DNA of 64,000 bases, from NCBI GenBank assembly GCA_963749495.1, contig CAVVMW010000006.1, positions 896,001-960,000 of the forward strand, read 5' to 3'. The translations under genes and the position numbers were made by a program. Below, in pieces: positions 20,818-29,747 of the stretch. The DNA is from an uncultured bacterium. GTDB taxonomy: Bacteria > Verrucomicrobiota > Verrucomicrobiia > Limisphaerales > UBA8199. Under the pieces are notes generated by a model. It saw only the letters and a program-made list of their open reading frames with translations. It made no database searches and had not been told where the DNA came from. Numbering within the stretch: the first letter of the stretch is position 1; each line of letters opens with the position of its first letter.

Positions 20818-22382
20818 ACGGATTTCCATGGCTCAGCGCGCTGACGTTTCTGCCGTTTGCCGGCGCCATCGCAGTCATTGGCCTGGGTAAGGGCCGTGAG
20901 CAACTGGCGCGGCGCCTGGCGCTGGGTTTGGCGCTTGCGGCGCTGGGTTTGGCGGCGGTCTTGTGGGGCCGGTTCGACCCGGGCACTTGGGCGGTCCGGG
21001 GCGCGCTCCAGTTCCGGGAGCGGCACCTTTGGATACCGGCGCTGGCTGTCGAGTATCACCTCGGCGTGGATGGGCTTGGGTTGCTCATGGTCCTGCTGAC
21101 GGCAATCATTGTGCCGATGGCGATGCTTGCCTCGTGGCGCATCCCGGAGCGCGTGCCCCTCTATTTCGGGCTGGTGCTTTTCCTCGAGTCCGGGTTGTTT
21201 GGGACTTTCACCGCCCTGAACTTTTTCCATTGGTTCATCTTTTGGGAATTGAGCCTGGTCCCGGCCTTCTTCCTGATAAGGCTCTGGGGCGGCTCTTTGC
21301 GCGCCCATGCCGCCACGCAGTTCTTTGTCTATACCATGGCCGGCAGCGTCGCCCTGTTGCTCGCGTTCCTGGGCCTCTACCTGGGGACCGGCACATTCGA
21401 TTTCATCGAACTGGCCGAGGTGGGCCGGACCGGGGGACTGGTCCCCGCGCTCGAAACCGGGCTGGGCTGGTCGGGTCCGGCGGTCGAGCGCCTGTCCATG
21501 GCCCTTTTTGCCGGCGCGTTCCTGGGTTTCGCGGTGAAGGTGCCGGTCATCCCATTCCATACCTGGCTGCCGGCAGCGTATGCCGAGGCGCCTACGGGCA
21601 CGACGATGCTCCTGACCGGCTTGATGTCCAAGATGGGAGTCTATGGATTCCTGCGCATCCTGCAGCCGATCTTTGCCGAGCAGATGCGCCAGGTCCTCAC
21701 GCCCTTGCTCTGGCTGGCGGTCTTGACGATCCTCTTTTCAGCCGGCGCCGCCTTTGCGCAACGGGACCTCAAACGCGTCCTGGCCTACTCTTCAATCAAT
21801 CACCTTGGCTACTGCCTGCTGGGCGTCTTTGCCCTCGCCGCCCCGGCCTTCCAGGTGGCCGCCCCCGCAACCCAGCGCGCCGCCGCACTGGACGGTGTCC
21901 TGCTCCAGATGTTCAATCATGGCCTGACGGCCGCCACCCTCTTCTGGTTCGCAGGCTTCATCGAGCAGCGAGGCGGGGGACTGCGCGGCCTGGACGACTT
22001 CGGCGGGCTGCGCAAGGTGGCGCCCGTCCTGTGCGGCTTGATGGGCATAGCCCTCTTCTCGTCGCTCGGGCTGCCCGGCCTCAATGGATTCGTAGGCGAA
22101 TTCCTGATTTTCAAAGGTGTCTTTCCCTTGGCCGCCTGGGCGGCCGCGCTCTCGATGCTGGGCCTGCTGCTCACCGCCGTCTTCATTCTCACGATCCTCC
22201 ACCGCGTCTTCTACGGGCCGCTCGATGAGAAATGGTCGAGGCTGCCCGACCTGAGCCGGGCGGAGCGCCTGCGGGTGCTGCCGGCTATCGGGCTGATGTT
22301 CGCCTTGGGGCTTTGCCCGCAACTCGTGCTGGGGGTTGTCAATGGCACGGTCGTGCGGATGGTGGAGGGATTGAGGTTATGA
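20814..22382 (+). CDS. nuoM: NADH-quinone oxidoreductase subunit M (first copy)
   Basis: YHLGVDGL, FWELSLVP, AVKVPVIPFHTWLP, DLKRVLAYSSINHLG, LGLPGLNGFVGEF. Confidence 0.95.
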   Translation: MNGFPWLSALTFLPFAGAIAVIGLGKGREQLARRLALGLALAALGLAAVLWGRFDPGTWAVRGALQFRERHLWIPALAVEYHLGVDGLGLLMVLLTAIIVPMAMLASWRIPERVPLYFGLVLFLESGLFGTFTALNFFHWFIFWELSLVPAFFLIRLWGGSLRAHAATQFFVYTMAGSVALLLAFLGLYLGTGTFDFIELAEVGRTGGLVPALETGLGWSGPAVERLSMALFAGAFLGFAVKVPVIPFHTWLPAAYAEAPTGTTMLLTGLMSKMGVYGFLRILQPIFAEQMRQVLTPLLWLAVLTILFSAGAAFAQRDLKRVLAYSSINHLGYCLLGVFALAAPAFQVAAPATQRAAALDGVLLQMFNHGLTAATLFWFAGFIEQRGGGLRGLDDFGGLRKVAPVLCGLMGIALFSSLGLPGLNGFVGEFLIFKGVFPLAAWAAALSMLGLLLTAVFILTILHRVFYGPLDEKWSRLPDLSRAERLRVLPAIGLMFALGLCPQLVLGVVNGTVVRMVEGLRL

Positions 22383-22391
22383 CAGTTAATC

Positions 22392-23897
22392 ATGCTCGCA
22401 TGGACGATCTATAGCTCGTTTCTGGGCGTGATAGCCCTGATGCTGGCGCCGCGCGGCAATGCGCGTGCGGCCAGGGCCATTGCCCTGGCTGCGGCGATCG
22501 TGGGCTTCCTCATCGCCGTGGCGGGCGTGGCGCAGGCCAGGCCCGGGGGGATTCAGACGGTGACCCGGGTGCCCTGGATTGCGTCATTAGGCATCGAGTA
22601 TCACCTGGCTGCCGACGGGATCACCCTGTCGCTGCTGCTGCTCACGGGCCTGGCGGCCATCGCGGGCGTCCTCTTCTCCTGGAACATCGAGCACCGGGCA
22701 AAGGAGTTCTTCGCCTTTTACCTTGCCCTGATTGGCGGGGTCTATGGCGTGTTCCTCAGTTTCGATGTCTTCCTGCTGTTCGTCTTTTACGAGTTGGCCA
22801 TTATTCCCAAGTACTTTCTCATCGCGATCTGGGGCTCGACGCGCAAGGAATACGGGGCGATGAAGCTGGCGCTCTATTCGTTGGTCGGGAGCGCGATGGT
22901 GCTGATCGGGTTGCTGGCGGCCTACGTGATGGCCGGGTCCAGGACGACGGACCTGCTCGAATTGGCGGGCGCTGCTTTTCCTCAGGCCTTTCAATTGTGG
23001 GCTTTCCCGCTCACGTTCGTCGGGTTCGCCATCCTGGCCGGGCTATGGCCGTTTCACACCTGGGCCCCCACCGGGCACGTGGCCGCGCCGACGGCTGCCT
23101 CGATGCTGCTGGCAGGCGTGGTGATGAAGCTCGGCGCCTACGGCTGCCTGCGGGTGGCCATGACCGTCTTTCCGCACGGCCTGGACCCTTGGGGCTATGG
23201 GGTCCTGGGCTTCGGCTCGTGGCGCGACGTGTTCAGTCTGCTGGCGGTGATCGGCATTGTCTATGGCGCGATGGTTGCCCTGGTGCAGGCGGACTTCAAG
23301 TTCGTCATCGGTTACTCCAGCGTGAGCCACATGGGGTTTGTGCTGCTGGGCCTGCTGACGCTCCAGCCGGCCGGCCTGAACGGCTCCGTGCTCCAGATGC
23401 TCTCGCACGGCATCCTGGCCGGGTTGCTCTTCGCCGTCGTGGGCCGAATGGTCTATGACCGGACGCACACGCGGGATTTGGCGCGGCTGCAAGGGATGCG
23501 CCTGGGCCGGTTGATGCCCTTCGCGGCGGTCACCTTCATCATCGGGAGTTTGGCGGCGATGGGCCTGCCTGGGTTCAGCGGTTTTGTGGCCGAGTTGCAG
23601 GTGCTGCTTGGGGCCTGGCGGGCCTTTCCAGTCCTGGCGGTGGTGGCCGGGTTCGGCATCCTGGTGGGGGTCGCCTACGCGCTGCGGACGCTGCAGTTGG
23701 CCTTCCTGGGCGAACGGGCGCCGGGCCCGCCCCAGGCCCAGGAGCAGGCGGAACTGGCGCCGATCTCGGTTCCCGAACGCATCGGCGCCGTTCTCCTGAT
23801 AGCCGCCTCATTGTTCATTGGCCTCTTCCCGCAGTGGATCATCGGCCTGGTGGCGCCAAGCTTCGGCTCGCCCCTGTTCCACGAGTTGCTCAAGTGA
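22392..23897 (+). CDS. nuoM: NADH-quinone oxidoreductase subunit M (second, divergent copy)
   Basis: YHLAADGI, PFHTWAPTGHVAAPTAASMLLAGVVMKLGAYG, MGLPGFSGFVAE. Confidence 0.93.
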   Translation: MLAWTIYSSFLGVIALMLAPRGNARAARAIALAAAIVGFLIAVAGVAQARPGGIQTVTRVPWIASLGIEYHLAADGITLSLLLLTGLAAIAGVLFSWNIEHRAKEFFAFYLALIGGVYGVFLSFDVFLLFVFYELAIIPKYFLIAIWGSTRKEYGAMKLALYSLVGSAMVLIGLLAAYVMAGSRTTDLLELAGAAFPQAFQLWAFPLTFVGFAILAGLWPFHTWAPTGHVAAPTAASMLLAGVVMKLGAYGCLRVAMTVFPHGLDPWGYGVLGFGSWRDVFSLLAVIGIVYGAMVALVQADFKFVIGYSSVSHMGFVLLGLLTLQPAGLNGSVLQMLSHGILAGLLFAVVGRMVYDRTHTRDLARLQGMRLGRLMPFAAVTFIIGSLAAMGLPGFSGFVAELQVLLGAWRAFPVLAVVAGFGILVGVAYALRTLQLAFLGERAPGPPQAQEQAELAPISVPERIGAVLLIAASLFIGLFPQWIIGLVAPSFGSPLFHELLK

Positions 23898-23931
23898 ATG
23901 ATGCCATGAAGACCACCAAACGCGCGCAGCA

Positions 23932-24237
23932 GGGCGCATTCCGACACTGCCCCCGAACCGGGAGAGCAGCCCACCCCCCTTCCCCCCTCCCATGCGCTCG
24001 GAGCGCATGGGAGGGGGAGATTTGTTCTTGCCGTTTACCCAGGGCGGCGGCCCGCCTGCGCTGCGCTCCGGCGGGCCTTGCCCTGGGCTATTATCTTGCC
24101 GCCCCTTCGGGGCTCCAGAGTGTTGCGCTCCGCGCAGTGAGGTGGAATTCGGGCGCGTTTTTGGGGCGCGCGCGGCACAGCGGACTGTGGACTGTGGACT
24201 GTGGACTGTGGACTGTGGACTGTGGACTGTGGACTGA
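23932..24237. repeat. Composite of REP-like halves and (GGACTGT)n heptamer array at 24182-24237
   Basis: Starts GGGCGCATTCCGACACTGC, the same end as the nuoL element; about 8 heptamer units end 3 nt before the nuoN ATG. Confidence 0.85.
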
Positions 24238-24240
24238 CCG

Positions 24241-25767
24241 ATGAGCTACCTGGGCCTCTTGGAGTCGGCCGCGCCCGAGACGATCGTCGTCCTGGGGGCG
24301 CTGGCGGTGTTGGCGGCGGACCTCCTGGCGATGCGGGACCTGGAACTGCGCTACCGATTGCTCATCGGCGCGATGATCGCCTCGGCCGGGTGCGCGGCCG
24401 CGGTGGCGTGGATGCTCGTGCTGCCGGGCGACGCCCATCTGCTGGAGGGCATGCTGGTTGTCGATCCGCTCATCCGCCTGGTCAAAGGCGGCCTCCTGGT
24501 CCTGACGATCGTGACGCTCCTGCTCTCGGTCGAAACGGACTTCACTGAGCACGTCGGCGAATACTACGCGTTGGTCCTGTTGGCGGCGGTGGGGATGATG
24601 TTCCTGGTGAGCGCGGAAGACATCCTGATGATCTTCATTGCCCTGGAGTTGACGAGCCTCAGTCTCTATGTCCTGACCGCGTTCAATAAACACAACATTG
24701 AGTCGGCGGAGGCGGCGCTCAAGTATTTCCTGTTCGGCAGCATGGCGGCGGCCTTCACACTTTTTGGGTTGAGCCTGCTCTACGGGATTGCCGGCTCGAC
24801 CAACCTGGGCGAGATTGCCCGGGCGGTCGCCAGCAAGGCCGTCCGGCTTAGTCCGGGCGCGGATGGGTTGGTGGGGACGCACCTGGATCCCCTGCTGGCG
24901 GGGGCGATTGTCATGACGGTCATCGGCTTCGGGTTCAAAGTCGCGGCGGTGCCATTCCATTTGTGGGCGCCGGATGCCTACCAAGGCGCCCCGATACCCA
25001 GCGCGGCGTTCATCGCCTCGGGTTCCAAGGTGGCGAGCTTTTTCATCTTGGCCAAGGTGATGTCGCTGGGTTTTGCGGGCGTGGAGGGCAGTGGGGCGTG
25101 GCGGGGATTTGCCGCCGGGTGGGTCCCGCTGCTGGGGGTGATTGCGGCGGCATCGATGGTCCTGGGCAACCTGGCGGCGCTGGCCCAAACCAGCGTGCGG
25201 CGCCTGCTGGCCTATTCGGCCATCGCCCATGCGGGCTACATGCTCCTGGCCGTCATGTCGGGGGCCGGCCCCGGCCTGGCGCCGCTCCTCTACTATGCCT
25301 TCACTTACGGCCTGAGCGTGGTCGGCGCCTTCGGGGCCGTTTCCATTGTCCGACAGCAGTCGGGCGGCAACCGTTTAACCGATTTCGCCGGGCTGGGCCG
25401 GCGCGCCCCGGTGCTGGCCTTTTGCACGCTGGTGTTCATGCTCTCCCTGGCCGGCATCCCGCCGCTGGCCGGGTTTTTCGGGAAGTTCTATGTCTTCAGC
25501 GTGGCGCTCGGGGCGGGGGCGCCGCAACTGGGGTTGCTCTGGCTGGTGATCCTGGCGGTCGCGATGAGCGCCGTGTCGCTGTATTACTATCTCCAAGTGC
25601 TCAAGCAGGTCTATGTCGTCGAGACCCCGGGCATGCGCTGCCCCGGGCGCGCGCCGGTGACCCATTGCGTGCTGGTCCTGCTGGCCGCGGCCGTGGTCGT
25701 CCTGGGTTGCGCGCCGGGCCTGCTGACCGGGCCGCTCGCCCAGGCGGTGCGGTCCGCGGGGCTGTAG
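24241..25767 (+). CDS. nuoN: NADH-quinone oxidoreductase subunit N
   Basis: SAEAALKYFLFGS, FKVAAVPFHLWAPDAYQGAP, SLAGIPPLAGFFGK. Confidence 0.96.
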   Translation: MSYLGLLESAAPETIVVLGALAVLAADLLAMRDLELRYRLLIGAMIASAGCAAAVAWMLVLPGDAHLLEGMLVVDPLIRLVKGGLLVLTIVTLLLSVETDFTEHVGEYYALVLLAAVGMMFLVSAEDILMIFIALELTSLSLYVLTAFNKHNIESAEAALKYFLFGSMAAAFTLFGLSLLYGIAGSTNLGEIARAVASKAVRLSPGADGLVGTHLDPLLAGAIVMTVIGFGFKVAAVPFHLWAPDAYQGAPIPSAAFIASGSKVASFFILAKVMSLGFAGVEGSGAWRGFAAGWVPLLGVIAAASMVLGNLAALAQTSVRRLLAYSAIAHAGYMLLAVMSGAGPGLAPLLYYAFTYGLSVVGAFGAVSIVRQQSGGNRLTDFAGLGRRAPVLAFCTLVFMLSLAGIPPLAGFFGKFYVFSVALGAGAPQLGLLWLVILAVAMSAVSLYYYLQVLKQVYVVETPGMRCPGRAPVTHCVLVLLAAAVVVLGCAPGLLTGPLAQAVRSAGL

Positions 25768-26005
25768 CTTGGGGTCACCACTCGGTTTGCACCTGGAATG
25801 CGGCTCGGGGCTCGCGATGCGGGCGTTGGAGGCAACCTATGCGGCGCGCGGCCCCCCGCAAATAGGGTTCTCACCCCAAGTGTCAGACAAACCACGACAA
25901 CAAAATCGGACACGGGCGGATAGGAGGACTTTGAGATTTGAGGAGAATCTGGCCTGCGAAGCGGAAGCGGGCACTCGGTGCGGAGTGCCTGGCTTGGCGA
26001 CGACG

Positions 26006-26980
26006 ATGATGAAGCTGCAGATCCCTGGACGCGATTGCACCGCGGTGTTCAAGACGGTCCTCCTCCTGGCCGGCTTGGCCCTGCCCGGCATCGGCTTGGC
26101 CGGACACGACCTGCCCTCGCCCAAGCACGCCAACCCGCGTGTCGGCCCCCCTCCGGCCAAGACCGTCAAGGTCACGACCCGGAGGGAAGGGGCCGTGACG
26201 CATTTCTATGTCGAGAATACCGAGTTCTGCGAGATCACCATGACCTTCGAGATGGCCCTGGTGAACCTGAAAGGCGAGGCCCCCTTTCCCCGCACGCTCA
26301 CGTTCCCGGCCCGGCGGGTCACCGAGGCCTTCTCACTCTCCCCGCTCAAGGCCGGCCAACCCTGGGAATACAGCTATACCAACTTCTTCAAGCTCGGCAG
26401 CAATTGCGTCCGCCATAACGAGGCCAGCGTCTATCTGCTGCCTTATGCCCCAGGCGCCGAATACAAGGTCACCCAGGGCTTCAACGGCAGCTTCAGCCAC
26501 ACTGGCGCCAACCAATACGCCATCGATTGGAAAATGCCCGAGGGCACGCCCGTCCGCGCCGCCCGCGGCGGCGCGGTCGTGCGGGTCAAGGACGATTCCA
26601 ACACCGGCGGGTCGAGCATGAAATACGACCCCTGCAACAATTACGTCCTCATTCGCCACGACAACGGCACCCTCGGGCACTATTGCCACCTGCAGAAGGG
26701 CGGTTGCGTGGTCAAGCCCGGCCAGACGGTTGCCGCGGGCCAGATTATCGCCCGCTCCGGCAACACCGGCTTCTCCAGCGGCCCCCACCTCCATTTCTGC
26801 GTCTATCGGACCAAAGACGGGCGCCAGCGCGAGAGCATCCCGATCAAGTTCAGGACCGAGGAGGGCCTGGTGGTCACGCCGATCGAGGGCCACAGCTACC
26901 GGGCCGCGCCAATCCAAAGCGCGAGCGCCTTCCCCCCAGGCAGCCTCCAGCCCACTTGGCAGACGGCGATGGCGCGGTGA
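26006..26980 (+). CDS. M23-family metallopeptidase
   Basis: YAIDWKMPEGTPVRAARGG, YCHL, SGNTGFSSGPHLHF; signal peptide. Confidence 0.9.
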   Translation: MMKLQIPGRDCTAVFKTVLLLAGLALPGIGLAGHDLPSPKHANPRVGPPPAKTVKVTTRREGAVTHFYVENTEFCEITMTFEMALVNLKGEAPFPRTLTFPARRVTEAFSLSPLKAGQPWEYSYTNFFKLGSNCVRHNEASVYLLPYAPGAEYKVTQGFNGSFSHTGANQYAIDWKMPEGTPVRAARGGAVVRVKDDSNTGGSSMKYDPCNNYVLIRHDNGTLGHYCHLQKGGCVVKPGQTVAAGQIIARSGNTGFSSGPHLHFCVYRTKDGRQRESIPIKFRTEEGLVVTPIEGHSYRAAPIQSASAFPPGSLQPTWQTAMAR

Positions 26981-27051
26981 GCCGGCCTCTCAGGCAAACC
27001 CCTGGACAAACCGGGTTGCCCTTTCGAGCGGGGGATTCTACTTTCACCCCC

Positions 27052-27672
27052 GTGATTGCACTGCTCGACTACGGCTCCGGCAACCTGCGCAGCGTCCACA
27101 AGGCCTTGCTCAAGGTGGGCGCCCAGGTGCTCGTGGCGCAACGGCCCGAACAGATGGCCGAGGCCCGGGCGGCCGTCCTGCCCGGGGTGGGCGCCTTCGA
27201 CGACTGCATCCGCGCCCTCGAACGGCAGGCCCTGCTGGAGGCCACGCGGCAGTTCATCAACTCCGGCCGCCCCTTCCTGGGCATCTGCGTCGGCTACCAG
27301 GCCCTTTTCGAGAAGAGCGAGGAGTTCAACAGTTGCGCCCCCGGCCTCGGCCTCTTCCAGGGCAAGGTCGTCCGGTTCTCGGAGGCCGACGGCCTCAAGA
27401 TCCCCCAGATCGGCTGGAACCAGCTCGACATCATCCGCACGGATTGCCCCCTCTACCGCGGCGTCGCGCAGTCGAGCTACGTCTATTTCGTCCATAGCTT
27501 TTTCCCCAAACCCGCCCAGGCCTCCATCGTGGCCACGCGCACCACCTACGGCCAGGCCTTCGCCTCGTCCGTCTGGCGCGACAACGTCTTCGCCACCCAG
27601 TTTCACCCCGAAAAGAGCCAGAAGGTCGGGCTGCAATTGCTCCGGAACTTCGTCGAATTGGTGAGTGAATGA
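27052..27672 (+). CDS. hisH: Imidazole glycerol phosphate synthase glutaminase subunit
   Basis: IALLDYGSGNLRSV, LPGVGAF, LGICVGYQ, YFVHSF, TQFHPEKS. Confidence 0.96.
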   Translation: MIALLDYGSGNLRSVHKALLKVGAQVLVAQRPEQMAEARAAVLPGVGAFDDCIRALERQALLEATRQFINSGRPFLGICVGYQALFEKSEEFNSCAPGLGLFQGKVVRFSEADGLKIPQIGWNQLDIIRTDCPLYRGVAQSSYVYFVHSFFPKPAQASIVATRTTYGQAFASSVWRDNVFATQFHPEKSQKVGLQLLRNFVELVSE

Positions 27673-27676
27673 CGGG

Positions 27677-27710
27677 TTGACGCAGAGCGCGGTTCATCTT
27701 AAGATGAACC
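27677..27710 (+). promoter_or_regulatory. Sigma70 promoter with perfect 20-bp palindromic operator
   Basis: TTGACG-17 nt-TAAGAT; GGTTCATCTTAAGATGAACC (27691-27710) covers the -10 box; ATG at 27715. Confidence 0.75.
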
Positions 27711-27714
27711 TGTT

Positions 27715-27970
27715 ATGCACGCGTTGATAAGCGCCAAAGAGCTCCGGGCCTCGCTGCCGGAGGTGGTCGAGAAGGTGCGGCATGGCGCGCGGTTCACCGT
27801 CTTGTACCGCAGCCGGCCAGGCATTCCAGATCGTGCCAGTGGAGGCTGCCGTTGTTGCGAGGCGTCCGTTGGAGGACGAGCCGCTCTATCGGGCCAAACC
27901 GGTCGGGCGCTCGAAAGACGGCAAAACCGCGGCGGAGCACGATGCGGCGCTCTATGGGTTAGCATGTTGA
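27715..27970 (+). CDS. Phd/YefM-family antitoxin; frameshift near 27820
   Basis: ISAKELRASLPEVVEKVRHGARFTVLYRSRP then AFQIVPV...EHDAALYG in the next frame. Confidence 0.75.
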
Positions 27971-27983
27971 CGGTCCCCGTTGT

Positions 27984-28136
27984 GAGAAGGCCCGGGCGAT
28001 CTTCTTTCGTTATCGCGACAAGGATTTCTCATTCACCGACTGCACCAGCTTCGTTGTCATGCGCGAACTGAGGCTACGCGAGGCTTTGACCACGGACCGC
28101 CATTTTGCGCAAATGGGCTTCGTGATGATGCCTTGA
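27984..28136 (+). pseudogene. VapC/PIN toxin, C-terminal remnant only
   Basis: EKARAIFFRYRDKDFSFTDCTSFVVMRELRLREALTTDRHFAQMGF; the N-terminal VDT motif is absent. Confidence 0.8.
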
Positions 28137-28266
28137 TCCGGCGATCCGAGGTCCCTCCCTTGACTTTGGCACAGACGTGCTATCTTGCATGGTTCGCACC
28201 AGGTGGCGGCATTACACAGAAAAGAAAATCATAACGTTACGGAAAACTGATTGACTCGGAAAGATT

Positions 28267-28896
28267 ATGGCATACGAACTACCCCCTCTTCCCTATCCCA
28301 AGGAGGCGCTGGAGCCTTACATCGATGCGTTGACGATGGAGATTCATCACGACAAGCATCATGGCGCTTACGTGACCAACGTGAACAAGGCCATCGCCGG
28401 CAAGCCCGACTTGGAGAAGAAGAGCATCGAAGACCTGCTCCGGGGCCTGGACTCTGTCCCGGCGGACATCCGGACGGCCGTGCGCAACAACGGCGGCGGG
28501 CACCTCAACCACACCATGTTCTGGAAGCTCCTGGCGCCCAAGGCGGGCGGGGCGCCCCCCGGCAGGCTCGCCGAGGACCTCAAGGCCGCCTTCGGCAGCT
28601 TCGAGAGCTTCAAGGAGAAGTTCGAGAGCGCCGGCCTGGCACGCTTCGGCAGCGGCTGGGTCTGGCTGGTCCTCAACCAGGGCAAGCTGGAGATCGTCTC
28701 GACGCCCAACCAGGACAACCCGATCATGGGCAAGGCTCTCTCCGGGGCCCAAGGCAAACCGATCTTCGGCTGCGACGTTTGGGAACACGCCTATTACCTC
28801 AAGTACCAGAACCGCCGCGGCGACTATCTCAAGGCCTTCTGGAACGTCGTCAACTGGCCCGAAGTGGTCAAGAACTATGATAAGGCTAAAGGCTAA
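28267..28896 (+). CDS. sodA: Fe/Mn superoxide dismutase
   Basis: [37 protein letters not shown]. Metal specificity not established. Confidence 0.95.
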   Translation: MAYELPPLPYPKEALEPYIDALTMEIHHDKHHGAYVTNVNKAIAGKPDLEKKSIEDLLRGLDSVPADIRTAVRNNGGGHLNHTMFWKLLAPKAGGAPPGRLAEDLKAAFGSFESFKEKFESAGLARFGSGWVWLVLNQGKLEIVSTPNQDNPIMGKALSGAQGKPIFGCDVWEHAYYLKYQNRRGDYLKAFWNVVNWPEVVKNYDKAKG

Positions 28897-29747
28897 AGGC
28901 TGAAGGCTAAAGTAAAGGCTAAAGGCTAAAGGCTAAACTACGGAGCTCGAGCGCGGAAGGGCCGGCGCGTCGGACCGGTCGCTTATAGTGAGTACCATCA
29001 CGGCGTGAACGACCGGGCGCAACGCCCGCAGGCGGAACCCATCCCGGAAGGGATGGGAATCATCGCGCGTCGCGTAGCGACGCAGTGGAGGTAGCCGTGG
29101 ACCTCGGTCCTTGGCATTACCCACATCCTCGGGTGCCCTCATCAAGCGCATCTGATGGGCGTGACGGATTTCCGAAGCACATTTCTCATCCCGGAGGGAT
29201 GCCAAAAGGTAGCCGGGGGTCGAAGCGTAGCGAGACCCCCGGTGCCGCGACGGCAAGGGATTGCATCCCAGAGGGATGCCAGAAGGCGCCCGCCGCCAAC
29301 GTGTGCTCTTCTGGCACCCCGCCGGGGTGCAGGGCCACCGACGCCCTCAACCGGGGGTTGCCGCTGGACGGCGACCCCCGGCTACCTTCTGCCAACCCTC
29401 CGGGTTGGCCGGGCGTTGCCGCCGGCTGGTATCAGGGGCGCCTTTGGCGGCTGAAACTGGCATGCTCCTCAGGCGTTTCTCCCGCCTGCCCAGAAGGGGA
29501 ACTGATATGGCCGGTCAGGAGATGTGGGTAACGACAAGGACCTCGGTCCACGGTTCAGGGCTTGGGAATGTTCATGCGTTGCGGTTTTCAGGCGTTGCTA
29601 CGCGACGCGGTTGAGCTTGGGCCATGGGTGCGTGGAGTGGAAGTCCACGGCTACCATCGGGCACCGCTACGCGGTGAGCCGGGGGCAGCGCTCGTCGCGG
29701 AGCGACGCAGTGAACCTTCAGCCTTTAGCCTTCAGCCTTTAGCCTTT
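28882..29747. repeat. Inverted (GGCTAAA)n arrays enclosing a nested REP cluster between convergent sod and pfp
   Basis: Arrays at 28882-28938 and 29716-29747; REP arms GCGTCGCGTAGCGACGC and CCGTGGAC..GTCCACGG. Confidence 0.85.
29111..29537. mobile_element. Miniature element carrying a REP doublet, inserted into a REP hairpin
   Basis: Ends TTGGCATTACCCACATC and GATGTGGGTAACGACAA; GGACCTCGGTCC duplicated at 29099-29110 and 29538-29549. Confidence 0.8.

Noticed and set aside
28166..28186. Sigma54-like TTGGCACAGACGTGC upstream of sod
   Set aside because: GG-GC spacing is 9 nt, not 10.
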